Source: Gemmatimonadales bacterium
Lineage (GTDB): Bacteria; Gemmatimonadota; Gemmatimonadetes; Gemmatimonadales; GWC2-71-9
NCBI GenBank assembly: GCA_035455865.1
Contig: DATIEF010000137.1
Coordinates: 1 to 24,497, forward strand
DNA: 24,497 bases
Reading direction: 5' to 3'
Each line of letters opens with the position of its first letter. The first letter of the stretch is position 1. The notes beneath the pieces are model-generated. The model saw nothing but the letters and a program-made list of their open reading frames with translations, ran no database searches and was not told where the DNA came from. Both the position numbers and the translations under genes were made by a program. This document shows, piece after piece, positions 1 through 8,014 of the stretch.

Positions 1-496
1 CGTAGCCGAAGAAGGTGCCCCGCTCGGTGACCGCAACCTCGGTCGAGCCGCCCTGGCGCACCTTCTCGACCGCGCCGGCCATCCCGTCGGCGGCCATCCA
101 CTGCCCCTTCTTGACGTTGACCGGCTTTCCGGTGCGACCCGCCGCGAGCAGGAGGTCGGTCTGGCGGCAAAGGAAGGCGGGGATCTGCAGGACATCGACC
201 ACCGCGGCCGCCGGCGCCGCCTGGCCCGGCTCGTGGATGTCGGTCAGGATCGGCAGGCCCGAGGTCCGGCGGATGTCCTCCAGCACGCGCAGGCCTTCGT
301 CGAGGCCGGGTCCGCGCGCTCCCGCCGCGCGGGCCCGGTTGGCCTTGTCGAAGCTCGCCTTGAAGCAGACCGGGACGTTGAACTTCCCGGCGAGGCGCGC
401 GAGTTCGGCGGCGACCCGCGGGAGCACATCGCCGCCCTCGATCACGCAGGGGCCCGCCAGGATGAACGGTCCGGGCCCGAACGTCCAACCGCTCAC
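1..496 (-). CDS. kdsA: 3-deoxy-8-phosphooctulonate (KDO8P) synthase, 3' end truncated by window edge
   Basis: Not in the ORF track. Manual translation from GTG at 496 (GTGA overlap with pyrG stop): [21 protein letters not shown]...[10 protein letters not shown]...LTDIHE...[14 protein letters not shown]...NVKKGQW...TERGTFFGY, all KdsA motifs. Confidence 0.95.
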   Translation of the reverse strand, partial: MSGWTFGPGPFILAGPCVIEGGDVLPRVAAELARLAGKFNVPVCFKASFDKANRARAAGARGPGLDEGLRVLEDIRRTSGLPILTDIHEPGQAAPAAAVVDVLQIPAFLCRQTDLLLAAGRTGKPVNVKKGQWMAADGMAGAVEKVRQGGSTEVAVTERGTFFGY

Positions 497-2160
497 CGGC
501 CTGCCCCGCTCAGCTTGGCCGCCGGCTGCTCGGCCGGGACCGACGCCCTGGCGTGATGGGCCTTGGCCGCGCCGATGAACCCCGCAAAGAGCGGGTGCGG
601 ACGGGTCGGACGGGACTTGAGTTCGGGATGGAACTGGCAGCCCAGGAACCACGGGTGGTCCGGCAGCTCGATGACCTCGACCAGGCCGCCATCCGGCGAC
701 TGGCCGGAGAGCCGGAGCCCGAACTCCGCGAGGACGTCGCGGTAGGCGTTGTTCACTTCCCACCGGTGCCGGTGCCGTTCGCTGATCTCGAGGGTGCCGT
801 AGGCCTGGGCGGCACGGGAGCCCGCACGGAGCTTGGCGGCGTACGCGCCGAGGCGCATCGTGCCACCCATGTCCTTGACGTCGCGCTGGCTCTGCATCAG
901 CGCGATGACCGGCGATTCGCACTCGGGCTCGAACTCGGTGCTGCTGGTGCCGGTCATCCCGCAGACGTCGCGCGCGAACTCGATGATGGCCACCTGCAGG
1001 CCGAGGCAGATCCCGAAGAACGGGAGCTCGTGCTCCCGGGCCCAGCGGATGGCCTCGATCATCCCGTCGACGCCCCGCACCCCGAATCCACCGGGCACCA
1101 GCAGCCCGTCGAACCCCTGGAGGAGCGTGCCGGCGGCGGCCTGGTCGGTAAAGGCGTCGCTCGAGAGCCACTCGATGCTCACCCCCACGTCGTGCGCGAT
1201 GCCGCCGTGGATCAACGCCTCGTGCACCGACTTGTACGCGTCGTGCAGGTCGGTGTACTTGCCGACCACCGCGATGCGCACCTTGGACGCCGGGCGCAGG
1301 ACCTTGTCGACGATGGCCCGCCACGGCGCCAGGTCCGGCGCCTTGGTCGTGAGCCGCAGGCGCTCGCAGACGACCTCGTCGAAGCCCTGCTCGCTGAAGC
1401 GGAGCGGGATCTCGTAGATGGACCGCACGTCGGGGCTCTCGATGACGCAGCCGAAGTCCACGTTGCAGAACAGCGCGATCTTGCGCTTGATGTCGGCGGC
1501 CAGGGGGCGCTCGCTGCGGCAGATGAGGACGTCCGGCTGGATCCCGATCTGCATCAGTTCGCGGACCGAGTGCTGGGTCGGCTTGGTCTTCACCTCGCCG
1601 GCGGCCGCGATGTAGGGCACCAGCGTGAGGTGGACGAAGAGCGCGTTGTCCCGCCCGATCTCCTGGCGGAACTGCCGGATGGCCTCCAGGAACGGGAGCG
1701 ACTCGATGTCGCCCACGGTGCCGCCCACCTCGGTGATGACCACGTCCACGCCGGCCGCGGTCCGCCGGATGGCGTTCTTGATCTCGTCGGTGATGTGCGG
1801 GATGACCTGCACCGTGGAGCCGAGGTATTCGCCCCGGCGCTCCCGGCCGATGACCGTCTGGTAGATCCGGCCGGTGGTGATGTTGTTCTGCTGCGTCAGC
1901 GACCGGTCGATGAACCGCTCGTAATGCCCCAGGTCGAGGTCGGTCTCGGCGCCGTCGTCGGTCACGTAGACCTCGCCGTGCTGGAACGGCGACATCGTCC
2001 CGGGGTCGACGTTGATGTACGGGTCGAACTTCTGGATCGTGACCGTCAGGCCACGCTCGACCAGGAGGCGCCCGAGCGACGCGGCGGCGATGCCCTTCCC
2101 GAGGGAAGAGACGACGCCGCCGGTCACGAAGATGTACTTGGTGGTCTGGGTGCCAGTCAT
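493..2160 (-). CDS. pyrG: CTP synthase
   Basis: [46 protein letters not shown] motifs. ATG at 2160 preceded by GAGGT. The track's extension to 2547 overlaps kdsB and is not real. Confidence 0.97.
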   Translation of the reverse strand: MTGTQTTKYIFVTGGVVSSLGKGIAAASLGRLLVERGLTVTIQKFDPYINVDPGTMSPFQHGEVYVTDDGAETDLDLGHYERFIDRSLTQQNNITTGRIYQTVIGRERRGEYLGSTVQVIPHITDEIKNAIRRTAAGVDVVITEVGGTVGDIESLPFLEAIRQFRQEIGRDNALFVHLTLVPYIAAAGEVKTKPTQHSVRELMQIGIQPDVLICRSERPLAADIKRKIALFCNVDFGCVIESPDVRSIYEIPLRFSEQGFDEVVCERLRLTTKAPDLAPWRAIVDKVLRPASKVRIAVVGKYTDLHDAYKSVHEALIHGGIAHDVGVSIEWLSSDAFTDQAAAGTLLQGFDGLLVPGGFGVRGVDGMIEAIRWAREHELPFFGICLGLQVAIIEFARDVCGMTGTSSTEFEPECESPVIALMQSQRDVKDMGGTMRLGAYAAKLRAGSRAAQAYGTLEISERHRHRWEVNNAYRDVLAEFGLRLSGQSPDGGLVEVIELPDHPWFLGCQFHPELKSRPTRPHPLFAGFIGAAKAHHARASVPAEQPAAKLSGAGR

Positions 2161-2164
2161 CGCA

Positions 2165-2908
2165 TCAACCTCGTTGAGATCGCCAGATGGCTTCCGCGCG
2201 CCGGAGGTCCTCCGGCGTATCGATGCCGGGGAGTGCCGGTTCGTCGAGCCGGGCCACGCCGATGGACATGCCGTGCTGCAGCGCCCGGAGCTGTTCGAGC
2301 TTCTCCGCTTCCTCGGCCGGCGTGGGCGGAAAGCCCACCCAGCGCTCCAGCGCGCCGCGGGACCAGGCGTACAGTCCGATGTGCTGCCAGTAGAGGCCGT
2401 CCGCGCTCCCCTGCGGGTCGCGCCGGAACGGGATGGGTGCCCGGGAAAAGTAGAGGGCCCGACCCCGGACGTCGGTGACCACCTTGACCCGCGCCGGCTC
2501 GGCCGCGTGGGCCGGCTCGAGGGGTGCGGCCGCGGTGCCGATGTCATCCCCGCCCCGGACCCGATCCACGGCGCCCGCGAGCGCCGCTGCGCTCAGGAAC
2601 GGCTCATCGCCCTGCAGGTTGACGATGACGTCGAAATCGCGGTACGCGGCCAGCGCCGCCACCTCCGCCACCCGATCGGAGCCGGATGGATGGTCGGCGC
2701 GCGTCAACACCGCCGCCGTCCCCGTCCGGGCCACGACCTCCGCCACCATCGGGGAGTCGGTGGCCACGACCAGTTCCTCCACGATCCCGAGCTGGCGCAC
2801 GCGCGAGACCACCCGGGTCACCAAGGGTTCACCGGCCAGGAGCTGAAGCGGTTTGTTCGGGAGTCGGGTGGAGCCGAGTCGGGCCGGAATGACACCCAGG
2901 AGGCGCAT
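2165..2908 (-). CDS. kdsB: 3-deoxy-manno-octulosonate cytidylyltransferase (CMP-KDO synthetase)
   Basis: [57 protein letters not shown] motifs. ATG at 2908 preferred over TTG at 2914, which lies within the -10 box. Confidence 0.95.
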   Translation of the reverse strand: MRLLGVIPARLGSTRLPNKPLQLLAGEPLVTRVVSRVRQLGIVEELVVATDSPMVAEVVARTGTAAVLTRADHPSGSDRVAEVAALAAYRDFDVIVNLQGDEPFLSAAALAGAVDRVRGGDDIGTAAAPLEPAHAAEPARVKVVTDVRGRALYFSRAPIPFRRDPQGSADGLYWQHIGLYAWSRGALERWVGFPPTPAEEAEKLEQLRALQHGMSIGVARLDEPALPGIDTPEDLRRAEAIWRSQRG

Positions 2909-2913
2909 CGCCA

Positions 2914-2942
2914 ATTATACGATGCCGGTGGCCCCCTGTCAA
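2914..2942 (-). promoter_or_regulatory. Perfect-consensus sigma70 promoter for kdsB-pyrG-kdsA
   Basis: Minus strand reads TTGACA (2942-2937), 17-bp spacer, TATAAT (2919-2914), TGGCG, then the kdsB ATG. Confidence 0.9.
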
Positions 2943-2949
2943 AAGTCGT

Positions 2950-2963
2950 GCCGTGAATGGGAA
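2950..2963. repeat. Intergenic direct repeat copy 1 (GCCGTGAATGGGAA)
   Basis: Matches 3675-3689 except for a single T indel; both copies are intergenic. Confidence 0.5.
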
Positions 2964-3012
2964 CGGCGTCGAGCGCGCCGAGCTAAGCGGTTGGCCTGAA
3001 TCGGCTTGGGGC

Positions 3013-3615
3013 TCAGCGGCCGCTCCCGGCCGGTATCCCTGCCAAGGCGAGAAAATTGGCCAGGATACGCCGACCGTGCTCCGTGCCGACCGACTCGGGG
3101 TGGAATTGCACGCCCCAGACCGGGTGCTGGCGGTGGCGGAGCGCCATGATCTCACTTCCCCGGCCCCGGTCGGCCGACCATGCCGTCACCTCGAGCTCCG
3201 GCGGCAGCGTGTCCGGAGCGACGACCAGCGAGTGATACCGCATCACGGTGAGCGGGGACGGCACCCCGTCGAAGAGCGCGGAGCCATCGTGCCGGACCGC
3301 GGCGGTCTTGCCGTGCATCAGCCGGTCCGCGCGCACCACCTGTCCCCCGAACGCCTCGCCGATGGCCTGGTGGCCCAGGCAGACCCCGAGCACCGGGATC
3401 CGCCCCGCAGCACGCTGGATGAGCGGTACCGCGATCCCGGCCTCCCGAGGCGTGCACGGCCCAGGCGAGACGAGGATCGCATCGGGCGCGAGCCGCAGCG
3501 CCGCATCGACGCTCAGGCGATCGTTCCGGTACACCACCGGCTCGACGCCCAGCTCACCCACGTACTGGACGAGGTTCCAGGTGAAGCTGTCGTAGTTGTC
3601 GATGACGAGGAGCAT
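3013..3615 (-). CDS. trpG: Anthranilate/aminodeoxychorismate synthase component II (glutamine amidotransferase, TrpG/PabA)
   Basis: [41 protein letters not shown]. TrpG versus PabA cannot be resolved from sequence alone. Confidence 0.9.
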   Translation of the reverse strand: MLLVIDNYDSFTWNLVQYVGELGVEPVVYRNDRLSVDAALRLAPDAILVSPGPCTPREAGIAVPLIQRAAGRIPVLGVCLGHQAIGEAFGGQVVRADRLMHGKTAAVRHDGSALFDGVPSPLTVMRYHSLVVAPDTLPPELEVTAWSADRGRGSEIMALRHRQHPVWGVQFHPESVGTEHGRRILANFLALAGIPAGSGR

Positions 3616-3674
3616 GGCGTCGAGGCACGGGTGCGGGACGACGATGGCCGGAGACGCTGAACGCTCGCTGGTCG

Positions 3675-3689
3675 GCCGTGAATTGGGAA
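3675..3689. repeat. Intergenic direct repeat copy 2 (GCCGTGAATTGGGAA)
   Basis: See 2950-2963. Confidence 0.5.
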
Positions 3690-3749
3690 TGCCCGCCATC
3701 GGCGATCCGCCCCGATCCCGAGATACCGGGGCCAGGGCGGAAACGGCGA

Positions 3750-4430
3750 TCAGGGTTTGGTAGCGGTCGCCGGCTTGGCCGGCGGCTTCTGGGGCACCGG
3801 CGGGTCGGGACGGGTCGGGCGATACACCGTACCGCTCGATCCGGAGCCGTAGCGGGCCCGCATCTCGCGCCGGATGCTGTCGCCCATCTTCCGCGCGGCG
3901 GCGCCGATCGACTCGGCCGAGGCCCGGATGCTGTCGACGTTCGGGGTGCCTCCCCCGTGCGTGTTCTGCAGGTCGGCGATGTCGCGCTCGGCCAGGATCA
4001 GCGGGCGCTCCGACACCGCATCGCCCGAGCTGTCGATCAGCCGCAGGTCGCCGAACTCGCGCATCCCCGTCGGGATCGAGTCGAGGCAGGTGAAGGTGGT
4101 CTTGTCGTTGATCCGGGTGGGATCCTGCAGGGTGAAGAAGCAGTCGGCGAACCGGTCGGCGTCGACCGAGTCGTCGAGCCGGGCGAGGATGGTGAATCCA
4201 TCCACGTGCTTCGGGGCGTCCCGATGGATCTCGATCTTGTTCACCGAGCCAAGCCGGACGTTCCCGATCGAGAGCGGCACGATCCCGAGAAGCGGGATGG
4301 TGATGTCGCCGGTGCCGTTGGCGAAATCGTGGACCCGCCGGTGGATGCTGCGGACGGCGTAGACACCCGCCAGCCCGACCGCGAAGACCGCCAGCGCCCC
4401 GCCGGCGATCTTGAGCCAATAGTTGCGCAC
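3750..4430 (-). CDS. Hypothetical protein with N-terminal membrane anchor, possible MCE/MlaD-like domain and Pro/Lys-rich tail
   Basis: GTG start with GAGGGAGG Shine-Dalgarno 8 nt upstream; hydrophobic segment [19 protein letters not shown]; plausible protein composition. Confidence 0.75.
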   Translation of the reverse strand: MRNYWLKIAGGALAVFAVGLAGVYAVRSIHRRVHDFANGTGDITIPLLGIVPLSIGNVRLGSVNKIEIHRDAPKHVDGFTILARLDDSVDADRFADCFFTLQDPTRINDKTTFTCLDSIPTGMREFGDLRLIDSSGDAVSERPLILAERDIADLQNTHGGGTPNVDSIRASAESIGAAARKMGDSIRREMRARYGSGSSGTVYRPTRPDPPVPQKPPAKPATATKP

Positions 4431-4471
4431 GGCACTGCCCTCCCTCGTGGTTCTCCGGATGTTGCAATAGG

Positions 4472-4499
4472 AGACGAACCTTACACGGGGAAGGTTTCA
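4472..4499 (-). promoter_or_regulatory. Putative ECF-sigma promoter
   Basis: Minus strand TGAAAC-N17-CGTCT (equivalently TGAAACC-N16-CGTC), about 40 nt upstream of the 4430 start; resembles the AAC/CGT ECF consensus. Confidence 0.5.
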
Positions 4500-4509
4500 G
4501 CGCCCAGTG

Positions 4510-4866
4510 CTACCGCTCCGCCAGCGTGACGATCACGACCCCGCCCCGACGCGTCTCGATCGGGGTGACCGTGCCCCCGCTCGTAGGCGAACGGACCTGG
4601 ACCGGCTCCCCGGCGGCCCCGCCGCGGGAAACGGACAGACTCCACCCGGTATTCGACCGCGTGTCGACCTGCGCTTGCCCCGCCTGCCCGGCCGTCCGGA
4701 CGGCCACCCGAGCCACGGAAGGGATCCGGGTGGACAGCACCATCGCGTTGACGCTCATCTGGAGGCTGCAACCGTTCGGCCCCTCACACGACACCTGTGC
4801 GTGCGCTGGTCGGGAGTTGACCAGGAAGGCGACCATGAGGACCACAATGGGACGAACGTATCGCAT
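4510..4866 (-). CDS. Small secreted hypothetical protein (Sec signal peptide)
   Basis: MRYVRPIVVLMVAFLVNSRPAHA|QVSC: basic n-region, hydrophobic h-region, A-x-A cleavage site. GGAG 5 nt before ATG. Fills the gap between neighbouring genes. Confidence 0.7.
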   Translation of the reverse strand: MRYVRPIVVLMVAFLVNSRPAHAQVSCEGPNGCSLQMSVNAMVLSTRIPSVARVAVRTAGQAGQAQVDTRSNTGWSLSVSRGGAAGEPVQVRSPTSGGTVTPIETRRGGVVIVTLAER

Positions 4867-4941
4867 ATGCGCTCCGGGGCTCGATTGGACTGCGCCCCGC
4901 TACTAAGCATATACGATACCACCATGTGAATCTGCTAAAGC

Positions 4942-4950
4942 ATTGTAGCA
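4942..4950 (-). promoter_or_regulatory. Extended -10 promoter toward the secreted-protein gene
   Basis: Minus strand TGCTACAAT = TGn + TACAAT. Confidence 0.5.
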
Positions 4951-4955
4951 TATTG

Positions 4956-4964
4956 TGTTATAAT
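4956..4964 (+). promoter_or_regulatory. Extended -10 promoter toward thrE
   Basis: Plus strand TGTTATAAT = TGn + perfect TATAAT. Confidence 0.6.
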
Positions 4965-5099
4965 TATGTCTAGTGTATCATTATTAGTCAGTGTCGACAA
5001 TTTATTTGACAGTTCGCTGCCTGTCGGGCCAACCGCGACCTCCATCTGTCGCCGGAATGCCTGCTTCCCCTTGAGCGAGAAAACGCGAACAGGTCCGGG

Positions 5100-5105
5100 T
5101 AGATT
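5100..5105 (+). promoter_or_regulatory. -10-like hexamer 6 nt before thrE ATG (possible leaderless promoter)
   Basis: TAGATT-atcgcc-ATG; no Shine-Dalgarno before the ATG; no recognisable -35. Confidence 0.35.
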
Positions 5106-5111
5106 ATCGCC

Positions 5112-6413
5112 ATGCCCCCTTCGCCAGCCGCCGACAGCTCGGAATATCAGGTCCCCGGCCGGGCCGGCGTCCGCCCGCTCTCGCCCGACGAGGAACGGGC
5201 GGCCCGCGGCTTCGTCCTTCGGCTCGGCCGCGCACTCCACAACGTCGGGTATGCCGCTCACCGGGTGGAGACGCTGATGGAGCGGGCCTCGGACCGCCTG
5301 GGCCTGACGGGGCAGTTCTTTGCCACCCCGACGAGCATCTTCGCCGGATTCGGCGCCCAGGACGAACAGCGCACGTTCCTGATGCGGGTCGGCGCGGCGG
5401 ATGACGACCTCGGCAAGCTGGCCGACCTCGATGAAGTCGCAGGCCACGTGCTGCGGGGAGCCCTCCCCCCGCTCGAGGGATCCGCCCGCATCGACGAGAT
5501 CGTCGCTTCCCCGCCCCGGTACAACGACCTGGTGACGGTCGTGGCCTTCGGCCTCCTCTCCGCCTGCGGTGCGAGGTTCCTGGGCGGCGGGTCGGTGGAG
5601 GTCGCCGTGTCCGCCGTGATCGGACTCGTGGTCGGGCTCCTCAACGCCCTGGCCATCCGGGTCCCGGCGCTGGGCCGCGTGTTCCCCGTGGCCGCCGCCT
5701 TCGTGGCGTCGATGCTCGCGGTCGTGTCCGGGAAGTTCGTCCACGGCATCACCGTCTACACCGTGACGCTCTCGGGGCTCCTGGTCCTGATCCCGGGATT
5801 CACGCTCACCACGGCGATGACCGAGCTCGCGACGCGGCACCTCATCGCCGGCGTGGCCCGGTTCTCCGGCGCGATGATGCTCTTCATCAGCATCGCCTTC
5901 GGCGTGGCGCTCGGCACCAAGACCGCCACGTACATCACCGGCAAGCTGATGCCGGCCTCCGCCGTTCCGCTCCCGGCCTGGACGGTCGTGGCCGCACTCC
6001 TGCTGGCGCCGCTGGCGTTCACGATCCTCCTCCGGGCCAACCCGCGGGACACCGGGTGGATCCTGGTCACGGGAGTGGTGACGTACTACGGCGGGATCCT
6101 GGGGGCCAATGTCCTCGGACCCGAGGTGGGGGCGTTCGTGGGGGCCCTGTCGGCCGGGCTGGCGAGCAACGTGTACGCCTGGCTCACCGACCGCCCCACC
6201 TCGGTGACGCTGGTGCCGAGCGTCCTGCTGCTGGTGCCGGGGAGCGTAGGGTTCCGGGGGCTGGCGTCGCTGCTCGACCGACAGACCATCCTGGGCGTGG
6301 AGACGGCGTTCCAGATGGTGCTGATCGCGTCGGCGCTGGTGGCGGGGCTCCTGGTGTCGTTCGTGCTCGGGCCGCAGCGCCGGCGTTATCAACGGGACAT
6401 CTTTGCGAGCTGA
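5112..6413 (+). CDS. ThrE-family threonine/serine exporter (two-domain form)
   Basis: Soluble N-terminal domain (LGRALHNVGYAAHRVE...FATPT...DLGKLADLDEVA) followed by about 10 hydrophobic segments; LIPGFTLTTAMTELA and LLVPGSVGFRG motifs typical of ThrE. Confidence 0.85.
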   Translation: MPPSPAADSSEYQVPGRAGVRPLSPDEERAARGFVLRLGRALHNVGYAAHRVETLMERASDRLGLTGQFFATPTSIFAGFGAQDEQRTFLMRVGAADDDLGKLADLDEVAGHVLRGALPPLEGSARIDEIVASPPRYNDLVTVVAFGLLSACGARFLGGGSVEVAVSAVIGLVVGLLNALAIRVPALGRVFPVAAAFVASMLAVVSGKFVHGITVYTVTLSGLLVLIPGFTLTTAMTELATRHLIAGVARFSGAMMLFISIAFGVALGTKTATYITGKLMPASAVPLPAWTVVAALLLAPLAFTILLRANPRDTGWILVTGVVTYYGGILGANVLGPEVGAFVGALSAGLASNVYAWLTDRPTSVTLVPSVLLLVPGSVGFRGLASLLDRQTILGVETAFQMVLIASALVAGLLVSFVLGPQRRRYQRDIFAS

Positions 6414-6419
6414 GGCCGC

Positions 6420-7328
6420 CTAGCCGCGCGGGTGGAACTGCCGGTGCACCGACCGCAGGTACTCCCGGTCGACGTGGGTGTAGATCTGGGTGGTGGACAG
6501 GTCGGCGTGTCCGAGCATCTCCTGGACCGCCCGGAGGTCGGCTCCCCCCTCGAGGAGGTGGGTCGCGAACGAGTGGCGCAAGGTGTGCGGTGTCACCCGC
6601 TTCCGGATGCCCGCCCGCCTGGCCGCCTTCTTCACGACCCCCCACGCGCCCACCCTCGAGAGCGGCCGGCCCCGGAAGTTGAGCAGCAACCGGTTCCCGC
6701 TGGCGCCCGTATCGAGCTCGGGACGGAGCTGCCGCAGGTACACGGCCACCGCACCGATCACCGTGCGCCCCAGCGGCACGATCCGCTCCTTGCTCCCCTT
6801 CCCGAAGACCCGCACCACCTGGTCGTCGAGCCACAGGTCCACCGGGGTGAGTCCACAGAGTTCGGACACCCGGAGCCCGGCGCCGTAGGCGAGTTCGAGG
6901 AGCGCGCGGTCCCGCCACGCCAGCGGGTCGTCGAGCGGGGGCGCCTCGAGCATCGCGGAGACGTCGGCGACCGAGAGGGTGTCGGGGAGCTTGCGCCCGC
7001 GGCGGGGGGCCTCGAGGCGGTCGCTGGGATCAGCGGAAACGAGGCCCTCGGCCACGGCAAAGCGGAAATACGTCCGGACGGCCGACACGTGGCGCCGGAT
7101 GGTGGCCGGCCCCAGCCCCAGGTCCTTCAGCCCGAACACGAAATCGCGGAGCGTCCGGGGCGTCAGCCGGTCGGGCCCGGCCAGGCCCGCCCCGCCCGCG
7201 AAATCGACGAGGTGCCTCAGGTCCCGCAGGTAGCTCTCGACGGTGTTGGGCGACGCGCCCGACTCGAGCGACAGGTGGTCGCGGAAGCCCTCGAGGAAGA
7301 AGGCGCGCTCCAGCTCCTCGCGGGTCAC
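6420..7328 (-). CDS. xerD: Site-specific tyrosine recombinase XerD
   Basis: SPNTVESYLRDL, RDRALLELAYGAGLRVSEL, GKGSKER, PHTLRHSFATHLLEGGADLRAVQEMLGHADLSTTQIYTHV: full R-K-H-R-H-Y catalytic set. GTG at 7328 overlaps the dedA stop. XerC not fully excluded. Confidence 0.85.
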   Translation of the reverse strand: MTREELERAFFLEGFRDHLSLESGASPNTVESYLRDLRHLVDFAGGAGLAGPDRLTPRTLRDFVFGLKDLGLGPATIRRHVSAVRTYFRFAVAEGLVSADPSDRLEAPRRGRKLPDTLSVADVSAMLEAPPLDDPLAWRDRALLELAYGAGLRVSELCGLTPVDLWLDDQVVRVFGKGSKERIVPLGRTVIGAVAVYLRQLRPELDTGASGNRLLLNFRGRPLSRVGAWGVVKKAARRAGIRKRVTPHTLRHSFATHLLEGGADLRAVQEMLGHADLSTTQIYTHVDREYLRSVHRQFHPRG

Positions 7329-8014
7329 GTGGACGGGCCCTCGTGCAGCACCTTCTGGAGCACGGCGTCGACCACGTCGCCGGTGACCGGCTGCTGGTGG
7401 CGGCGGCGCCGGGCGCGGGACCGGACGAAGAGGCGGGCCGCGATCGCGAGCACCGCGAGCACCCCGACCATGGCCAGGATGCGGTTCACCTGGCCGACGA
7501 GGCGCACCATCGCGTCCCATTCGGAGCCGAGGAAGACGCCGACCACCGTCACGAAGCCGTACCAGACGGCCGATGCGGCGGCGATCGGGATGAGCGCCCG
7601 GCGCGGGGAGAGCCCGATGATGCCCGTGAACGGCGGGACGATCGCCCGGATCCCGGGGATCATCCGGGAGAGGAAGATGGCCGGCAGGCCCCAGCGCAGG
7701 TACTTCCGCTCGAGCGTGGCGAGCGCGTCGGCCGGGAGGAGCCGCCGCCCGAGCGCGGTCCCCGCAAAGCGGGGCCCGAAGCGCCGGGCGAGGCCGTAGA
7801 CCAGTGCCGCGGCCGCGGTGTTGGCCGTGATGGTGACCGCGAACACCCACCACGGCGTGGTGACGCCCTGCTGCGACAGGAACGCTCCGAGCGCGACGGC
7901 GGTGTCGGCGGGGACCGGCGGGAAGATGTTCTCGAGTGCGGCGAGGAGGGCGAGGACCAGGTAGACAGCGCCCGCCGGGAGGCCCGACAGCCAGGCGAAG
8001 AGGCCGTGGATCAG
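7325..8014 (-). CDS. dedA: DedA/SNARE-associated family membrane protein (probable CTG start)
   Basis: LENIFPPVPAD, G...Y..ARRFG and IFLSRMIPGIRAIV motifs. No ATG/GTG/TTG in frame before the conserved core; CTG at 8014 overlaps the ispF stop (CTGA), with GGAG 8 nt upstream. Confidence 0.85.
   Translation of the reverse strand: MIHGLFAWLSGLPAGAVYLVLALLAALENIFPPVPADTAVALGAFLSQQGVTTPWWVFAVTITANTAAAALVYGLARRFGPRFAGTALGRRLLPADALATLERKYLRWGLPAIFLSRMIPGIRAIVPPFTGIIGLSPRRALIPIAAASAVWYGFVTVVGVFLGSEWDAMVRLVGQVNRILAMVGVLAVLAIAARLFVRSRARRRRHQQPVTGDVVDAVLQKVLHEGPST

Larger units (their letters stand above)
4901..5011. other. AT-rich intergenic island between divergent genes
   Basis: 35 G+C in 4901-5010 (about 32% GC by hand count) against roughly 70% in the flanks. 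Confidence 0.9.

Noticed and set aside
553-2478. 641-aa plus-strand ORF
   Set aside because: Antisense shadow of pyrG, typical of high-GC codon bias; no recognisable motifs.
4947-4974. Possible dif site: TTATGTCTAGT (4964-4974) resembles a XerD arm (TTATGT-AA-T type), 1.4 kb from xerD
   Set aside because: With a 6-bp spacer, the left arm would be AGCATATTGTG, lacking the required ...ATAA inner end. At best a half-site, and it is equally explained by the overlapping TATAAT promoter.
4901-5011. AT-rich island as oriC/DUE, or as a CIRCE operator (TGCTA...TAGCA)
   Set aside because: No convincing DnaA boxes and no dnaA/dnaN nearby. The TGCTA/TAGCA arms are in the opposite order from CIRCE (TTAGCACTC-N9-GAGTGCTAA).
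5006-5011. Perfect TTGACA hexamer on the plus strand
   Set aside because: No -10-like hexamer 16-18 bp downstream (CCAACC), so not called as a promoter.
4935-6392. 485-aa minus-strand ORF and the 4966..5277 plus-strand ORF
   Set aside because: The first is a shadow of thrE (Arg/His/Gly-rich). The second is an off-frame ORF across the promoter island and the thrE start, with no RBS.
6420-7328. Tyrosine recombinase as a prophage or island integrase
   Set aside because: Sequence and length fit housekeeping XerD. It is translationally coupled to core genes, with no att repeats, tRNA or mobile cargo.
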